A stretch of 64,000 nucleotides of DNA from the IMG/VR virus record IMGVR_UViG_3300024229_000651, one strand, 5' to 3'. Source of the stretch: a virus. Lineage: Duplodnaviria; Caudoviricetes. Below, in pieces: positions 51,001-57,609 of the stretch. Made by a program: the position numbers and the translations under genes. Under the pieces are notes generated by a model. That model was not told where the DNA came from. It saw only the letters and a program-made list of their open reading frames with translations, and did not search any database. Each line of letters starts with the position of its first letter. The stretch's first letter is position 1.

Positions 51001-52699
51001 TTCAACTGTATTAGACTCAGTTGACTTGTCTACTATAACAAGTGGCAAGGTAATTTATACAACGCCTTTAGGTGAAGAAACCGAAGCAGTCATTACATCA
51101 ATAAGATATAACGAATACAATGACACAAAGGTTTATGCAGACGCTGAAAAGACAACAACAGTAAATGTGACACGTAATATAGATTACAGAAATGTAAGTG
51201 GAACATTCGGCCAAATTACTAGCATAGACCCAACAATCAACTACACGATTAACACTGCAGATAGTTTCCTTTCCTTTACTAATGACGCGAATGTTAACAA
51301 CAGAATAGGTATACCTCAAAACGGGGCATTGATCGAATTAACATATTTCGAAGGATATGATCCTACAATGGAAACTATTAACGTTAGCATAGCGAAAAAC
51401 CTTGTAAATGTAGAGTCTAACAGTATTGCAAATATTTCAAATGTTGAGCAAGTTTGGACAGCACCGGAGCGTGTTTATAAATTCAATCCTGAGATTCGAC
51501 AGGAAATAACAAAAGCATACGAGACAGAATATGGATCGGGTGCAGCAGTAGATGCAAACATTATACAAAATGTCAGCATTGTTACTAGCATGATAGACTC
51601 AGGAAAATTAGACACTGTTCTTAGTATGGTAAGAAATGCAGTTGGCGGATCATTGAATGCAGAACTAGTTGACGGCGCAACGTTCTTAGATATAGTTCCT
51701 GGGCAACACCCATCCTATGTGTACAATGACGCACTAGGGTTTGATGTGTATGGATGGGATACTGATATATGGGATAAGGATGTTGATGTAAACAACTTTG
51801 TTGGTATATTCGATGAAGGCACACAAGGCAATGTTAATTACAGAATTGACAACGAAACTGTATACGGATTCGATGGCACTACATTCCTCAAACACAGAAC
51901 GGGCCCAGATCGTCCAGAAGAGTTAATAGTTGTAGAACCTCTAGAAACACTTGTAATGGATATTACAACATTGGGTAATACTGAAATTAGCGCAACAAGT
52001 AGTGATGTTAGATTCCTACTAGTTATGGATCTATTTGGTAGAACTGATTATTATAGACGATCGATGAATCCATTGACAACTGTTGCACAGCAAGTAAATA
52101 ATTGGGAAGACAAAATACACTTAAATGATATTACTAATCTTCCATTTGCATCTGCAACACGACCAGCAAGTGTGTGGCTATCAGGCGAGTTAATAAGTTA
52201 CACAACAATAAATGTCCTAGATAAAAGTATTTCTGGGATTACAAGAGGTGTCCGCGGAACTACTATTAATTTATTAGTGCAAGTGGGTGCTGAACTGTAT
52301 AACGGAGAAGAAACAGAAAACATAGCTCTTAGAAACGGAAAAGGAGAGGCACTGAGAGACCCAGAAGACTTCAATTGGTTGAAACCAGTAGAGGTGTTCT
52401 CGATATCAGTACCGCTTGATAATTCGTGGGACGGCTCGGGCTCACTAAGTGCAGCAGGACTAACATATGATTCGGGCAACGTATCGGTTGGTTTAGACAG
52501 TGCTTGGGACGGTACCGGAGACAATGTTATTGAGTTTACTGGTAGTGGACATACATTGACATACGATATTGATGAAGAAAACGGATGGGATGCAGCAACA
52601 GAAGACTTTAAGAAAGCAACAAGTTTAACAGACCGAGGAGATGTATTGAAGTCAAATGACAGTATAGTTGACTTCTTACACAACTTTGACAGTAATTAA
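33080..52699 (+). CDS. Giant virion/baseplate structural protein (6539 aa; gp7-position) with internal YHYH-family domain
   Basis: Single uninterrupted 19,620-nt ORF coupled to gp6. N-terminal FINYQEYFW and NVWSRINFWHH, C-terminal YFNDVKPYSSKIR; YHYH-like block HSPIVGWAFDGLPIYGPYG...GDLDQFNGR...TPEFPNGTYYY. Confidence 0.85.
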   Translation: MADKKYTKLPGVHQTPVIKNFFETTVEQLFSKSKIDSISGYVGRKDVSLYEFKDTYITQPDAARDKFSLEPVVNTLEPVTGATTNRVFWSDFVNILKSYGVDTTNQNPIFDSTFYSFLPPINIDKFINYQEYFWSPQGPTAILIEGTGENFINVDKDIIGKKTYTSPSGVVFRNGMVVSFVGDFVIPQTRINARYVIEGVGSNIILHDKDQNYATSFSTEDFIPFDQTIIDSTDELIATTTDPADTRFLSGGLIGVNNYRYYASNGQEFLFSSLDQTDADTGGFMWSDFVAPAGSPLIYTVGGEGAFDVDPYDSGNTQTVPDYIMMQRGAIDNNVWSRINFWHHRQNFIDAGDLLPEKENRAIRPIIEFDRNIELYNFGKSGITSVEIAAFDTTLQEVLGRPIGASVDSVSMSVGARMIFPNADEDISPYIYEVVESTQSTIAQSVTNTNIIELSEENPDVYIGAKVTSVDPNSPISSTTVESIDGTTITLDNNVTVSLGTELIFSDRVILKRISDPRSTVVLLEGAPDFAPYTPQNFDIISVKFGSKKQGAEYYWQNDSMSWVQGQGKNKVNTPINFNVYDQNKNSLSDQLIYPGTSCNGNNIFGYTTAGSNLVVDPVLGFTMQYENFNNFSEISYTNFLDNSTISYIPFGSNETAYVSGYKYYKKIDSDGNILFDTMWRQQDKKHALRVEDRHIVNETDVSSNRVFVKISAKPKNAEQSMRVYVNGSRTTNFSYEADTNSVVFVNYEFKLNDIIDVYTHTSSGILQEETLNGMYDIPLSWHSNFLNNDIVTISSPQFTEHFYNLIKDQEDFSGDAFGSSNINELNVDTYWAQKIVQTDEDLATAAFLFSNDSFNLKDAMEYSGDEYVKFKNRLTTEIEKFINDNDVSDLSIGECLEFVLDGTSLYSQGKNVFADTYMLAHGDKKIREQITVNNVLRKEYVLNGFVDITKIENTVYVYDASSTSKDTLLIADKDYKITSAGGIITVTFTDDYVLTLGNTLTFDIYDNVRDTVNIPPTPSTLGIYPVYEPAVITDNTFQTPMTFIVGHDGSKTLATNDVYDQILMEFEIRVYNNIMQTYRDRISDLELNFTEITDGYFRKIGRPRERIYNLLRPSFNKFVNTNNLDYFANDFYDSDNELTWNYDQGNENPGHWRGLFAYLYDTETPHTTPWEMLGFTSKPSWWESEYGVDYNLTNILLWEDLENGIIRQGDRENITNNKYLKTDNSYRRIGLSNVYPISETGELLSPFKILSTKNTNKVLEWVNTTTGTASLGIGDSFSSDAAGLGVAEYTGVDTALNISSQGIINHAVGEFPNSHNNNQIEIRPRFYTIPVYTGTTTQLGNAAQRASHFTSATSIGTGAIGVAVNGAVITSPDYNLPHELDTSLHYNSGYSNRQGRDSANGCPDSNGTYGYIQPDSAVTGPQSADEHSPIVGWAFDGLPIYGPYGYHDRLNNNSDIRRLTTSYMLKQGTRDSVVGGIYSGEFLEDYEYVDSEGDLDQFNGRWGKTPEFPNGTYYYVATVDDAGQPQYPYTIGPKFAQQPLELGMNRLGIATSDTVNTPVYRVTSEKTATFKILNETDLSSGWRFGDGAPVEQAWKMTSAYPFAVAQALLLSKPGKFVSAFSKPQNITIAQANTKQVIDKDTNRRFKIQSTSIHGNRDDNGKLITATGFTQFIDCYLKFRGLSTAKEFVPAFRTINSKLGHKFAGFVDKDTMTVYSDSYSTTGNSSSLILPQEDVEIDIHQSPYSSTNDYTGVYITLTDRKTYKVSGYNNIKRFFEIEESNTSGPRQDVSVAGAPAESTNYESANFYSANVIVKSGYNFYRSKTAAPKGSSITDTTIWQRLPALPTVGGAEATLYLQGTGKILQVEYDTEFTTEAELYDFLISLGRRQKALGFSFGEFNVEINDLNDWAYSAKQFLFWSAGKWATGNTLSLSPSATRIFFKAQTGRVSKIFDVDQGQYSIVDQEGKSIRAEQCEIIRDGDTIEIAALDDRQIFGIILYTDEIEHVLLISNKTTFGDTIYSDVYNQRQDRLKIRGKRTSDWNGTLSSSGYIINNDSLLANFDTLASDMAKYNEIGHVPVDKTLYDLTRRQYGYDERKYLREFEMTFDDQYDFYAGMIRNKGTKNSLEILLNSEKVFIPGNVSIYDEWALKSGDFGDVDNYQTVDLKIDKDEIRNEKQLVSISYPEDTVSEVTNVEVLAPTTKFFSRPTLEIEPPPADIPGSFVYGGGTTATAIVNLGADGTITSVDVTDPGYGYTINPAVTVVAAELLTANITTAFTLPWAMSTSYVANNGDVTGISNVTITDHFANSAYADSVVDLSTATTVADVEAAFKDTISQIILDDSLGFSGTSTLTVSSSRIATDAGEEFLITLRGNDFSLSDNVNNDLVDILKLESKRYQPRQRYSFETANSTVYTDVSLSVDSVGLSGNIVGSTGDHLWEFDAGSRTTINHIGGRKTSGSVSYTFAPVSPNGELTDTIAADNLQIINGEYPHVDVFINGSKLPGNEQTLFSITGDSTTNTITLLDIASLPGGELKADAKIEVVEYATIDFVDAYQGDLPGRTLNIKVFANDALAARLRSIRTYEIYPDNKADATIMIDVDDADRLVTRPTDLSTNGLWPTTTAVDYSGITDKAYKKLPNSGYISKYTVDHQAWNIYDFETLFETTGKLASQIPDTDSTVHFANSEHGDFDVYNISLLEGNSYIKWQPNAGTTYLYTDFSLISDAGILDGNNTDSPADHTEYFDRVLVLKGLTAIDDYQGSLVYENGELIYSPRILSINTPVTRFSEEKLINEQAVVMSNIQFAAPTTTLISSIVPEVSASISYVEPAYTGVVGSLEIPASADIEQEFNTYSILRRAEIKTTSAPFNGSMTFSLGKGQLDGLQINDCIWIESDHPTAANISSNMYRVASIDSNNVRLYANLATLSGVADSIPRANVQFVNYGQYNFEGNANADGYSVQVYSKDHGYSTGDTVLFNVNNIAGEAGDEFKIKNATPNTFRVESGIYLGDSQKDLLTNSGTVNNTDKEVIISATMDPSTDTSVQKYLVPGGFVTFTDASGTSIDGNTYQILDVDKTVQIGNPDGQNELGDFIVTHADVYSDTVNSINGKTITLTNGVAEQVQPGMYVETDIAPTRVEEVNYKSDVTASRRMFVQAFVDFASDDYSGVTQQQYAVLAQEFQELSIGIDSATFVLNELLPTDIVIGDPVEIPGIASFDDGLTVVGINGTTITLSSPVLVKHDTDVFFKHAYPLRIDTVVFEEELDGFNIGDNIIFVEGGYNESNPGSRAISTVFSIDAPNLTASVDSDNLTFRIVNSTNVVLEGPTTGIYNGDLVKLISAGSYSGFQSVKGVDPVNNKLLFDLPYVQPILIEKTSATTVTDSDIINAGADELDGLKTGYQLLSDTATIPAETYILGFDLTGNIELSNEVSVSAGDILTFSDARWRYSTLVNSNIIITTDGEHDYDLDDSQILGKEITVADFAPAHYNWSWTVQEVPTTTTIKVTGYGFNHPYTVNSETYVSKEFYDKRTTEAFKIDGKDDRELLPFLWFNDEADIVINGAEIFKGVYPSFGVDEYIRELKRIKEAKEGSVYKRGSFGMVMPALDGFGNFSGLDNATKNLISSGIGTGHIPVNPNIGGPVGTRGGRGGRGGYGAPGRGGGFTPNPTVPSPGTGTPVTIPATPGVQFGPIMPPGYTPPGSIAPVGNGGGSTAPPASVLPPQTGDPNTNVPGGGSTIVSPPKTGAQDPIQMMYDQLGSGTMTPSDQLAMITAYAGFQSGMQNATLLPNQVLQTMPNAGYALAAQGKSLDGGYSLGGASYNPANKETSWGPGANQGPGTLSDLLLNNFTSNGFKPYTANEASQQMAAGWTTSFYAAVGYDPSTQNTTGSPIDMFNGLLGNTQAIRGPGKSSLNSGKMASSSPSSTSFSGAGVVDGLTFGHVTGGNPTGAQAIGLINKNALISTSTGGATNGLNISALAQQASGSCTPSTGLLANAEIGYVDPICTDPPPPTCPPGQHLENGVCVDDIPTCGPDQLYNTTTGQCEDIVIPPPPIRTENVGVYWDNPNKDKATTTSVTYQLTEDDSQTYTITVMFNHAGADDRTRVYQHSSLGGQRVEVGGVKASGTYSSLTNLTKAEESAFQGSRDTDLSDSFNNSSTFRPFVKTGTTGFVKWAGKFTFTYDATQGRFITFTTESQTSSHAHECFAVLIVNENTLPTDGTNTVPRKQIMGGNASAGSSTAAIIPSPIWTGFIGIPNVAPAGISQAITTNSRRLSGNPFATPSASSLTGYASRTPTNSADSNGIVFVDPGTIDPGTGIYGNKMNVTNTIVGPMPITASVPTVSGIQQIDYQKTIAGKAKANNSVVASNPYSSLKSNQAASTTPILTVTALKKDANGVMQKVGTSDMPICEPKSRIPLCPDTFSASDDPRSLSDDGFYFADSVTNDRLYGVSTGDNFKVNGVAISMTGVHDIEGLIDAINLAGASQSTNRFKAHRYTTNGATCVMLSPLSTYCDAPPISLDNGCGISGNLKEVLHYTVRGDVNHAYSESSSLAGTSTRTSSVTINMPPMTAKTSDDPPEVVANPGDFGSTNTTASGTNYIYNTITAQQKAASHTPSTITKTNGAGYRVDDVVTVVGGVPATLQEALAAGLMSDQNPSNRPFEALSSVVALKVVAGGTGYNKAGLKIIVNGDCRKKARVNYATLDVDATGAIVGLAGGSRILMRTKGSGSNISPDNSGYSIERGATSVSIIGDGEGAELMVEHFTSSPAFDQSQQNSLQKIQPAEFIVTSVDPLGGVQRLSLKKRGVYKQFPSDLDSGLPLIGGSGTGGRVFLTAHALPDCTVKSDTLSKFGVDPGVYEAPDPIEHFINTLNDYAPTDPNGFPLYTAALNFGPGGLPEVVVEGDDIDGIQFDDTYNPGLIRALNLPTGATTNAVIPEIEPVKEKFREVFVEDPDGGGGPGGGDPSERDFLVNLPNQDGTSTLGADPRTNLDTLNKGIRFSYPQAGEAALSQIPVGQRTRLESMSTPLWASTEVEGDIYEYKLTNLDGQSSIIPTNTKDRQRVDVHALESMRHATESNLDLANISHAWIDNYDGKGWAYLQNGNVIRKQEPLVDTKLIRDVFTFDEISAEKEFDVNLFDPFKGIIPGYIEKEIDYTTKSDPVVYDMARSAWGKKQIGRRWWNTNLVRYTWYEQGEGTYGPTGYNNTERAASWGEHFPGSVIRIYEWVESITPPEAYTGGGFPIETGEFIQQQFYNKTSGKATVYYYFWVYGKETVGNTARYNLQKERSTVEIERLLSDINGERVSYAGYISPDSIVVNQLAPLIKTDGSIFSTQFLRRMEGDTEKHTSWTLSAEGDPNSKVPDVLSVKLIDSLASMDALGQTVPGEGLSAFERYGSKFRPRQTMFKDLSKARKQMYDVLNSIFKELKMNTTFVDWQTQLPSDLTYLQQVDWYEKLRVNKIDNSDVFYDDTYRPLRKVTDNTKFALIKNLVDLSIIQVQKDSNSPYSLYEYAKKTNSFKLIAIENETVEWKASIYTDANSTKMGKEIREVLSILYSSVFINTFEIYWNKFFYEMMKYAYSEQGELDWAFKTTYLNIIKEETDLVPTKGFKVDNFDKALQYFNDVKPYSSKIRNYLDIKKAPVEILAGSTTDFDRPPYYDEESKEVRILDTANEFDVDILNTASEYAGFVSSNAQVRKTSTQIVFDRVKGALYENATGGKIETFRADGISSGFSFNTLVEDVTRLQVKVDGDLVPPTAFDNELISNVVGTVETVVTDAEANVFRNEGSFTNLVARSDFGTSIIVDIDIDANGAISSFNMTTTAHNQNVGDKFVLRDEQMSNIIVANTSWDLNPWDTDPNNPSNTAPGVWDEEIGQSIAPDIEFTTTELSNVSIITDRTSAINSNSTIEFTDGPIVSLYGQTYFVDINESDTATIIAPGHSMPIGVQGVKLVNVISNGVNIGNTNITINKTTSEQIVVDFDDIKSFVNSQAVPTTSTVLDSVDLSTITSGKVIYTTPLGEETEAVITSIRYNEYNDTKVYADAEKTTTVNVTRNIDYRNVSGTFGQITSIDPTINYTINTADSFLSFTNDANVNNRIGIPQNGALIELTYFEGYDPTMETINVSIAKNLVNVESNSIANISNVEQVWTAPERVYKFNPEIRQEITKAYETEYGSGAAVDANIIQNVSIVTSMIDSGKLDTVLSMVRNAVGGSLNAELVDGATFLDIVPGQHPSYVYNDALGFDVYGWDTDIWDKDVDVNNFVGIFDEGTQGNVNYRIDNETVYGFDGTTFLKHRTGPDRPEELIVVEPLETLVMDITTLGNTEISATSSDVRFLLVMDLFGRTDYYRRSMNPLTTVAQQVNNWEDKIHLNDITNLPFASATRPASVWLSGELISYTTINVLDKSISGITRGVRGTTINLLVQVGAELYNGEETENIALRNGKGEALRDPEDFNWLKPVEVFSISVPLDNSWDGSGSLSAAGLTYDSGNVSVGLDSAWDGTGDNVIEFTGSGHTLTYDIDEENGWDAATEDFKKATSLTDRGDVLKSNDSIVDFLHNFDSN

Positions 52700-52727
52700 A
52701 ACAGTTTTTAACAATAAGTGATAAATA
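52698..52727 (+). promoter_or_regulatory. Late promoter GATAAATA (52720-52727) with upstream AAAACAGTTTTT (52698-52709)
   Basis: Read directly; ATG at 52733. Confidence 0.75.
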
Positions 52728-52732
52728 ACACT

Positions 52733-53365
52733 ATGAGCAATAGTAGCAATTTGCAGAATGAGCAGAATAAAAATATGGAAAAGAATAAATCGGCCGACGA
52801 AAATGCCGGCATCAAGATGTCTGGGCATATTTTAATCAGAGATGCAGAGACAAAAGAAGAAATTGTTAACAAAAGAAATGCTATACATTATGGTAACATG
52901 GCAAATATAATTGCCCGTGCACTAACTAATGAAGCAGGGTCCTATATTCATTTTATGGCTTTTGGTAACGGTGCTACTAGTGTTGACGGTGCTGGCAAGG
53001 TGTTATATAAAAACCCACGTGTCAGTGAGTCATTTGAAAACAGTGCGACTCTTTATAGTCGTACATACGAAAAAGTTATAAGTAACAACACATCTACTGA
53101 TAAGATTGAAATTATCACAGGGGCAAGTTATACAGATTTAAAAATGACTTGTACGTTGGGTTATAATGAACCCGCTGGACAGGATACATTCGATTCAAGT
53201 ACAACGCAGGATGGTTTATACGTTTTCGACGAATTAGGTTTACTAAGTTATGCGACAGACCCCGCAGATAGTAAAATGTTAACGCATGTGATCTTTCACC
53301 CTGTTCAAAAAAGTGCAAATAGAAGCATCGAAATTATATACACTGTGAGAGTGCAGTTAAATTAA
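52733..53365 (+). CDS. Virion structural protein (210 aa)
   Basis: GHILIRD...KRNAIHYGNM, FGNGATSVD, FDELGL and HVIFHPVQKSANR.IEIIYTVRVQ; lies in the late operon. Confidence 0.7.
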   Translation: MSNSSNLQNEQNKNMEKNKSADENAGIKMSGHILIRDAETKEEIVNKRNAIHYGNMANIIARALTNEAGSYIHFMAFGNGATSVDGAGKVLYKNPRVSESFENSATLYSRTYEKVISNNTSTDKIEIITGASYTDLKMTCTLGYNEPAGQDTFDSSTTQDGLYVFDELGLLSYATDPADSKMLTHVIFHPVQKSANRSIEIIYTVRVQLN

Positions 53366-53386
53366 AGGATATTTAGAGGACATAAA

Positions 53387-55210
53387 ATGACATATTCAGT
53401 ACAAAATACAGATGGTTCTAAAACCATTAATGTAGCCGCAAGTCAAGTCAATTCCGCCTTTAGCATTGCACTGGTTGGTCGTAATGTTTCTGGCTACGGA
53501 CAATACTTTGTACAAAACGCCATAAGACATTTAGAGAACTTTGCCAGTACGTCAGCACCAAGCGACGATCAATTGCTACAAGGACAACTTTGGTACGACA
53601 AGGGAGAGGAAGTAATCCGTGTCTATGATGGCGCTTCTTGGCGAAGAGCTAGTATCACTGTTAGTGCGACAGCGCCAACAGATGGAGTAGAGTCGGGTAC
53701 ATCATACTACGATACAGTAGATGACAAATTAAAAGTTCATGACGGCACTCAGTTTATTGATGCTAGTTATGCAGGTAAAGTTACAAACGAATTTAGCAAT
53801 GATGTAAACTTGGGAAGCCCGAGTAAATACGGAACACGTCTTAGAACAATTTTTCTAGTAGATGATACTGGTGTACATAGAGCTGTATTAGGTTTAATGT
53901 ATGTGAGTGACGGTTCAGACGCAGGCTATACTGACGGCGAAAGCATTATGGCTGTATTCAGTGACCATGCGCAATTCGACATTAGTACAACTGCGCCAGC
54001 TAAAGTAGAAGGTTTAGGTGATGTAAACTTATATAATCAGTTTAATGACAGTGACGGTATCGGATCAACTATTAGACCTGGTATGAACTTGAGAAACAAG
54101 TATGCCGGCACAGCAGTATCATTAGCAAACAGTAGTATCTATGCAGATGTTTCAAATGCAATATCTACTGCGTCAGGTAACGTAGTAGGCAGTAAAGTAT
54201 TTACAGCATCTAGTACAGCACTAATACCAGACAACACTGACGTTGTTCCGATGGGTAATACAGCAAATCGATATAGTGAATTGTTTATTAACGATATTGA
54301 AATTGGTAATCCTTCATCCTCGTCAGCTAGGTACATTAAGAAATCTAGTGCTACAGTGTTACTAGATATTGGTGAGCAGTCAGCTCCAGTTGATAATTTA
54401 TATGTGGATAACATTTTTATCAAAGACGGTGGCGGCATTACTGGATTGAACATTGATACATATGGCAGTAATACTGCATTGATTGATGAAATTTGGTCAA
54501 GTGAAGTATACTTAGATGCGTCTGGTGACAAAAAGATTACCGACAACGGCGTTTACGGTTTAACAATTTACGATATAAACGGAAACCCACTAGTTGATCC
54601 TTCAGCAGGTGCGGCATCTACATTAGGCGGCGACAACACATTTTCTGGAAATAACACTTACAGCGGTGACATTCTATCAGCAGGCAACCACGATATCGGT
54701 TCTTCCTCGAGTAGATTCGGTACATTGTTTGTTGGTACATTAGATGCTACAGTGGGCGATATTAGCGGCGATTTAGATGTTGGCGGAACAGTAACAGCAA
54801 CACTATTCGATGGCGTTGCATCAAGTGCAAAATACGCTGACTTAGCTGAGAAATATACTGCTGATGAGAATTACGAAGCAGGCACTGTTGTTAAAATCGG
54901 CGGTGATGCAGAAATGACACAGACTACAGACCATAACGATTTAGACGTTTTTGGTGTTGTATCGACAACTCCTGCATACTTAATGAACAGCGAAGCAGAT
55001 GGAATAGCTATTGCTATGACCGGAAGAGTTCCTGTTCGAGTAGTAGGAAAAGTTAAGAAGGGTGAGAGATTAATTAGCTCTTCAGTACCAGGTGTTGCAT
55101 GGGCAATGAGTGACGAAGAATACGATCCAAGAGCAGTAATTGGTAGGAGCCTAGAAGATAAAAATGACGGCGATATTGGCACAGTAGAAGCAGTTATTGG
55201 CGTAAAATAG
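53387..55210 (+). CDS. Tail fibre / baseplate-attached fibre protein with C-terminal chaperone-like domain
   Basis: N-terminal LVGRNVSGYGQ..QN..RHLENFAS..AP...GQLWYD; C-terminal YADLAEKYTAD..YEAGTVVKIGG, PAYLMN and GRVPVRVVG.VKKGERL. Confidence 0.7.
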   Translation: MTYSVQNTDGSKTINVAASQVNSAFSIALVGRNVSGYGQYFVQNAIRHLENFASTSAPSDDQLLQGQLWYDKGEEVIRVYDGASWRRASITVSATAPTDGVESGTSYYDTVDDKLKVHDGTQFIDASYAGKVTNEFSNDVNLGSPSKYGTRLRTIFLVDDTGVHRAVLGLMYVSDGSDAGYTDGESIMAVFSDHAQFDISTTAPAKVEGLGDVNLYNQFNDSDGIGSTIRPGMNLRNKYAGTAVSLANSSIYADVSNAISTASGNVVGSKVFTASSTALIPDNTDVVPMGNTANRYSELFINDIEIGNPSSSSARYIKKSSATVLLDIGEQSAPVDNLYVDNIFIKDGGGITGLNIDTYGSNTALIDEIWSSEVYLDASGDKKITDNGVYGLTIYDINGNPLVDPSAGAASTLGGDNTFSGNNTYSGDILSAGNHDIGSSSSRFGTLFVGTLDATVGDISGDLDVGGTVTATLFDGVASSAKYADLAEKYTADENYEAGTVVKIGGDAEMTQTTDHNDLDVFGVVSTTPAYLMNSEADGIAIAMTGRVPVRVVGKVKKGERLISSSVPGVAWAMSDEEYDPRAVIGRSLEDKNDGDIGTVEAVIGVK

Positions 55211-55246
55211 GTAAATAGTAATATTATTAATTGTAGGAGATAATCA

Positions 55247-56287
55247 ATGGCAAGCGGATCAGCACTAAGCGTATCAGGTGGCTTCACTATGACCCAGGTT
55301 GTAAGCGGGGATGTAATTGATGACGCAGATTACGATAACATGAAGAATAATGTTTATCGTCAGTTGAGTACACCAGCAGACCACACAACAGGTACATATA
55401 CAGCCAGTAGTATTTACGGCTACAACCAGTCTGTAGGCAGTTTAGATGCTGCAGCAGGTGAACTTATCCGTGCAAATAGCACAGATAACGGTTTTAAAAA
55501 TCTACAGGATGAAGTGCAAGCTATAGGATCATTCCTTGGCCTATCACTAACAGGTCCAACAGACCGTGCAGCAGGTAATACAATTACAGCAGCGCACTGG
55601 AACCAGTTAATGAACGATGCAAAAACATGTTTTGATAATCGCTTTTCAGTACCAAGCGGCAGTTTAACGACAGCGGCACATGGTGCTAGTAGCAGATCAA
55701 CTAGTTGGGGCAGCGCATCCGAGCCTGCAATTGCACATACATTTACTGTATCATTTTCAAGTGAAGCACATTGTAGAGGATTCTTTAACGCAGGTGGTAA
55801 AATATTATTCACAGGCGCAAGAAGCGGCGGCACATCAGGATCATCCGCAGGCACAATTGGTTCGCAGAACTCAAACTGGACATCACTATTAAGTTCCATG
55901 GGTACATTAACGTTTGACTTAAACAACTTAACTAGTTCAGGATCAACAGGTTCTAGTAATGGTAAGGGTTTTTACGAACTAACAACAAACCAAGTACAAC
56001 TTTATATCAAGTACGGTTCTGGTGCATACGCAAGTAACTACTACCAGATCACAGGTAAAGTAAATAGTACAAGTAACCCAACACAGTTAACATTCACTGT
56101 AACAATGAGAGATGACCACGCACTAGGTAATGGCATTGGTGCTGACGGCGTTGACGGAAATGGTGACGACACTGTTGGATATGTAGATGCCGTAGACGGT
56201 ACTACAACAAGTACAATTCAGACTAGTCGTGCTAACAACGGTATTACAGTTTCAGCTCCGACTTATGCAGCAGTAAGCAACTTGTAA
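55247..56287 (+). CDS. Virion structural protein, S/T/G-rich (346 aa)
   Basis: Preceded by GGTAAATA (55210-55217) and RBS AGGAG; RGFFNAGG and W..LLSSMG motifs; followed by a terminator. Confidence 0.65.
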   Translation: MASGSALSVSGGFTMTQVVSGDVIDDADYDNMKNNVYRQLSTPADHTTGTYTASSIYGYNQSVGSLDAAAGELIRANSTDNGFKNLQDEVQAIGSFLGLSLTGPTDRAAGNTITAAHWNQLMNDAKTCFDNRFSVPSGSLTTAAHGASSRSTSWGSASEPAIAHTFTVSFSSEAHCRGFFNAGGKILFTGARSGGTSGSSAGTIGSQNSNWTSLLSSMGTLTFDLNNLTSSGSTGSSNGKGFYELTTNQVQLYIKYGSGAYASNYYQITGKVNSTSNPTQLTFTVTMRDDHALGNGIGADGVDGNGDDTVGYVDAVDGTTTSTIQTSRANNGITVSAPTYAAVSNL

Positions 56288-56304
56288 AAGTTACTAAAAC
56301 TAAT

Positions 56305-56338
56305 AAAAAAGCCAGTTCACAGAAGCTGGCTTTTTTTT
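56305..56338 (+). terminator. Rho-independent (possibly bidirectional) terminator
   Basis: A6-GCCAG...CTGGC-T8. Confidence 0.8.
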
Positions 56339-56342
56339 GACT

Positions 56343-56350
56343 GGTAAATA
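56343..56350 (+). promoter_or_regulatory. Late promoter variant GGTAAATA
   Basis: Directly after the terminator and 5 nt before ATG 56356. Confidence 0.6.
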
Positions 56351-56355
56351 TAGCT

Positions 56356-56712
56356 ATGAGTAATAAACTAACAAAAGCACTAGAATTTGCAAACTACAGA
56401 TCGTCGTTAAATATACAGCATAATAATATGAAGGCCAGAGTGCAGACTCTGCTCAGTTATAGCACTAACGGCGGAACATTTATCATATCGCACGAGCTAA
56501 TATCATTTGTAAAATTACTAGTAGATAGGGAAATGCCTGATGCAGTGTTACTTGACGTTTACAACAACCCTATCCAAATCGAAAACCTGGACACTTTTTT
56601 AGAAGAATTAATAAGCAGATATTTCGAAGCAACAAACGAATACTTTGCAGACTATTCTAAACTTAAAAAAAGCAGAAAGGTCCACAAACTAATAGACATA
56701 GACGATGACTAA
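56356..56712 (+). CDS. Hypothetical protein (118 aa)
   Basis: Clean ORF coupled to the next gene. Confidence 0.7.
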   Translation: MSNKLTKALEFANYRSSLNIQHNNMKARVQTLLSYSTNGGTFIISHELISFVKLLVDREMPDAVLLDVYNNPIQIENLDTFLEELISRYFEATNEYFADYSKLKKSRKVHKLIDIDDD

Positions 56713-57592
56713 AGGATTCTTAATCTTTGCTCATAACAATGAGGAAATTGATTATTTAAAACTAGCCGCTGTTAACGCAAGATTAATAAAACAAAATTGC
56801 AGCATCTCTGATGTTACAGTAGTTACAAATCATCATAGTTACGATTATACCTGCGCCACTATGGGAGAAGAGTTTGTAACCGACAGTTTTTCTAATATAG
56901 TATTTGTAGAAAAAGACAAAACCTTCAAGAGAAGTAATGTTAGGACATATAAAGATACTAGTCATACTGCAAAATCTTTACCATTTTACAATTTAGACAG
57001 ATGCGATGCATACGATTTAAGTCCGTACGATGAAACAATTTTAATAGATGCTGACTATCTAATACTTAGTGATGTGTTAAACAGTTGCTGGAATCATGAT
57101 AACGAATTTATGATGAATTGGTCATATCAAGATATAATGGTTGAGCGAGATGATCCTACGTTACGTAGACTGCACCCTAGCGGCATAACTATGTATTGGG
57201 CAACAGTAGTATACTTTAAAAAGTGCAATTTCTCAGAACAATTTTTTAAGACAGTGAAGCATGTGCGGGACAACCGACAGTATTATCAAGATGTATATAA
57301 ATGGCCAGGCAACCTATATAGAAACGACTACAGCTTTAGTGTCGCAGCTCATATGCTAGGTGGCTTTCAAGAAAGGGGAATACCCCAATTGCCACTGCCT
57401 GCATTATACAAAACATTTGATACTGACGACATACATTCTATTCCGTGTAAAAACGAAATAATTTTTTATTTAGAAAAACCCAAAGCTCTAGGCGACTTCG
57501 TGTTAACAAGATGGAAAAATTTAGATGTTCACGTAATGAATAAATGGGCTATAAACAGGATTAGTTCTGAACTAATGAATTATATAGAATAA
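56705..57592 (+). CDS. GT-A-fold glycosyltransferase-like protein
   Basis: YDLSPYDETILIDADY (DxD), YWATVVYFKK and YRNDYSFS. Confidence 0.65.
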   Translation: MTKGFLIFAHNNEEIDYLKLAAVNARLIKQNCSISDVTVVTNHHSYDYTCATMGEEFVTDSFSNIVFVEKDKTFKRSNVRTYKDTSHTAKSLPFYNLDRCDAYDLSPYDETILIDADYLILSDVLNSCWNHDNEFMMNWSYQDIMVERDDPTLRRLHPSGITMYWATVVYFKKCNFSEQFFKTVKHVRDNRQYYQDVYKWPGNLYRNDYSFSVAAHMLGGFQERGIPQLPLPALYKTFDTDDIHSIPCKNEIIFYLEKPKALGDFVLTRWKNLDVHVMNKWAINRISSELMNYIE

Positions 57593-57609
57593 TAAAGAGG
57601 TAACAACAT

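Noticed and set aside
33080-52699. Numerous 60-180 aa antisense and alternate-frame ORFs inside the giant gene
   Set aside because: Expected shadows of a long low-complexity AT-rich coding strand; none has an RBS, promoter or recognisable motif.
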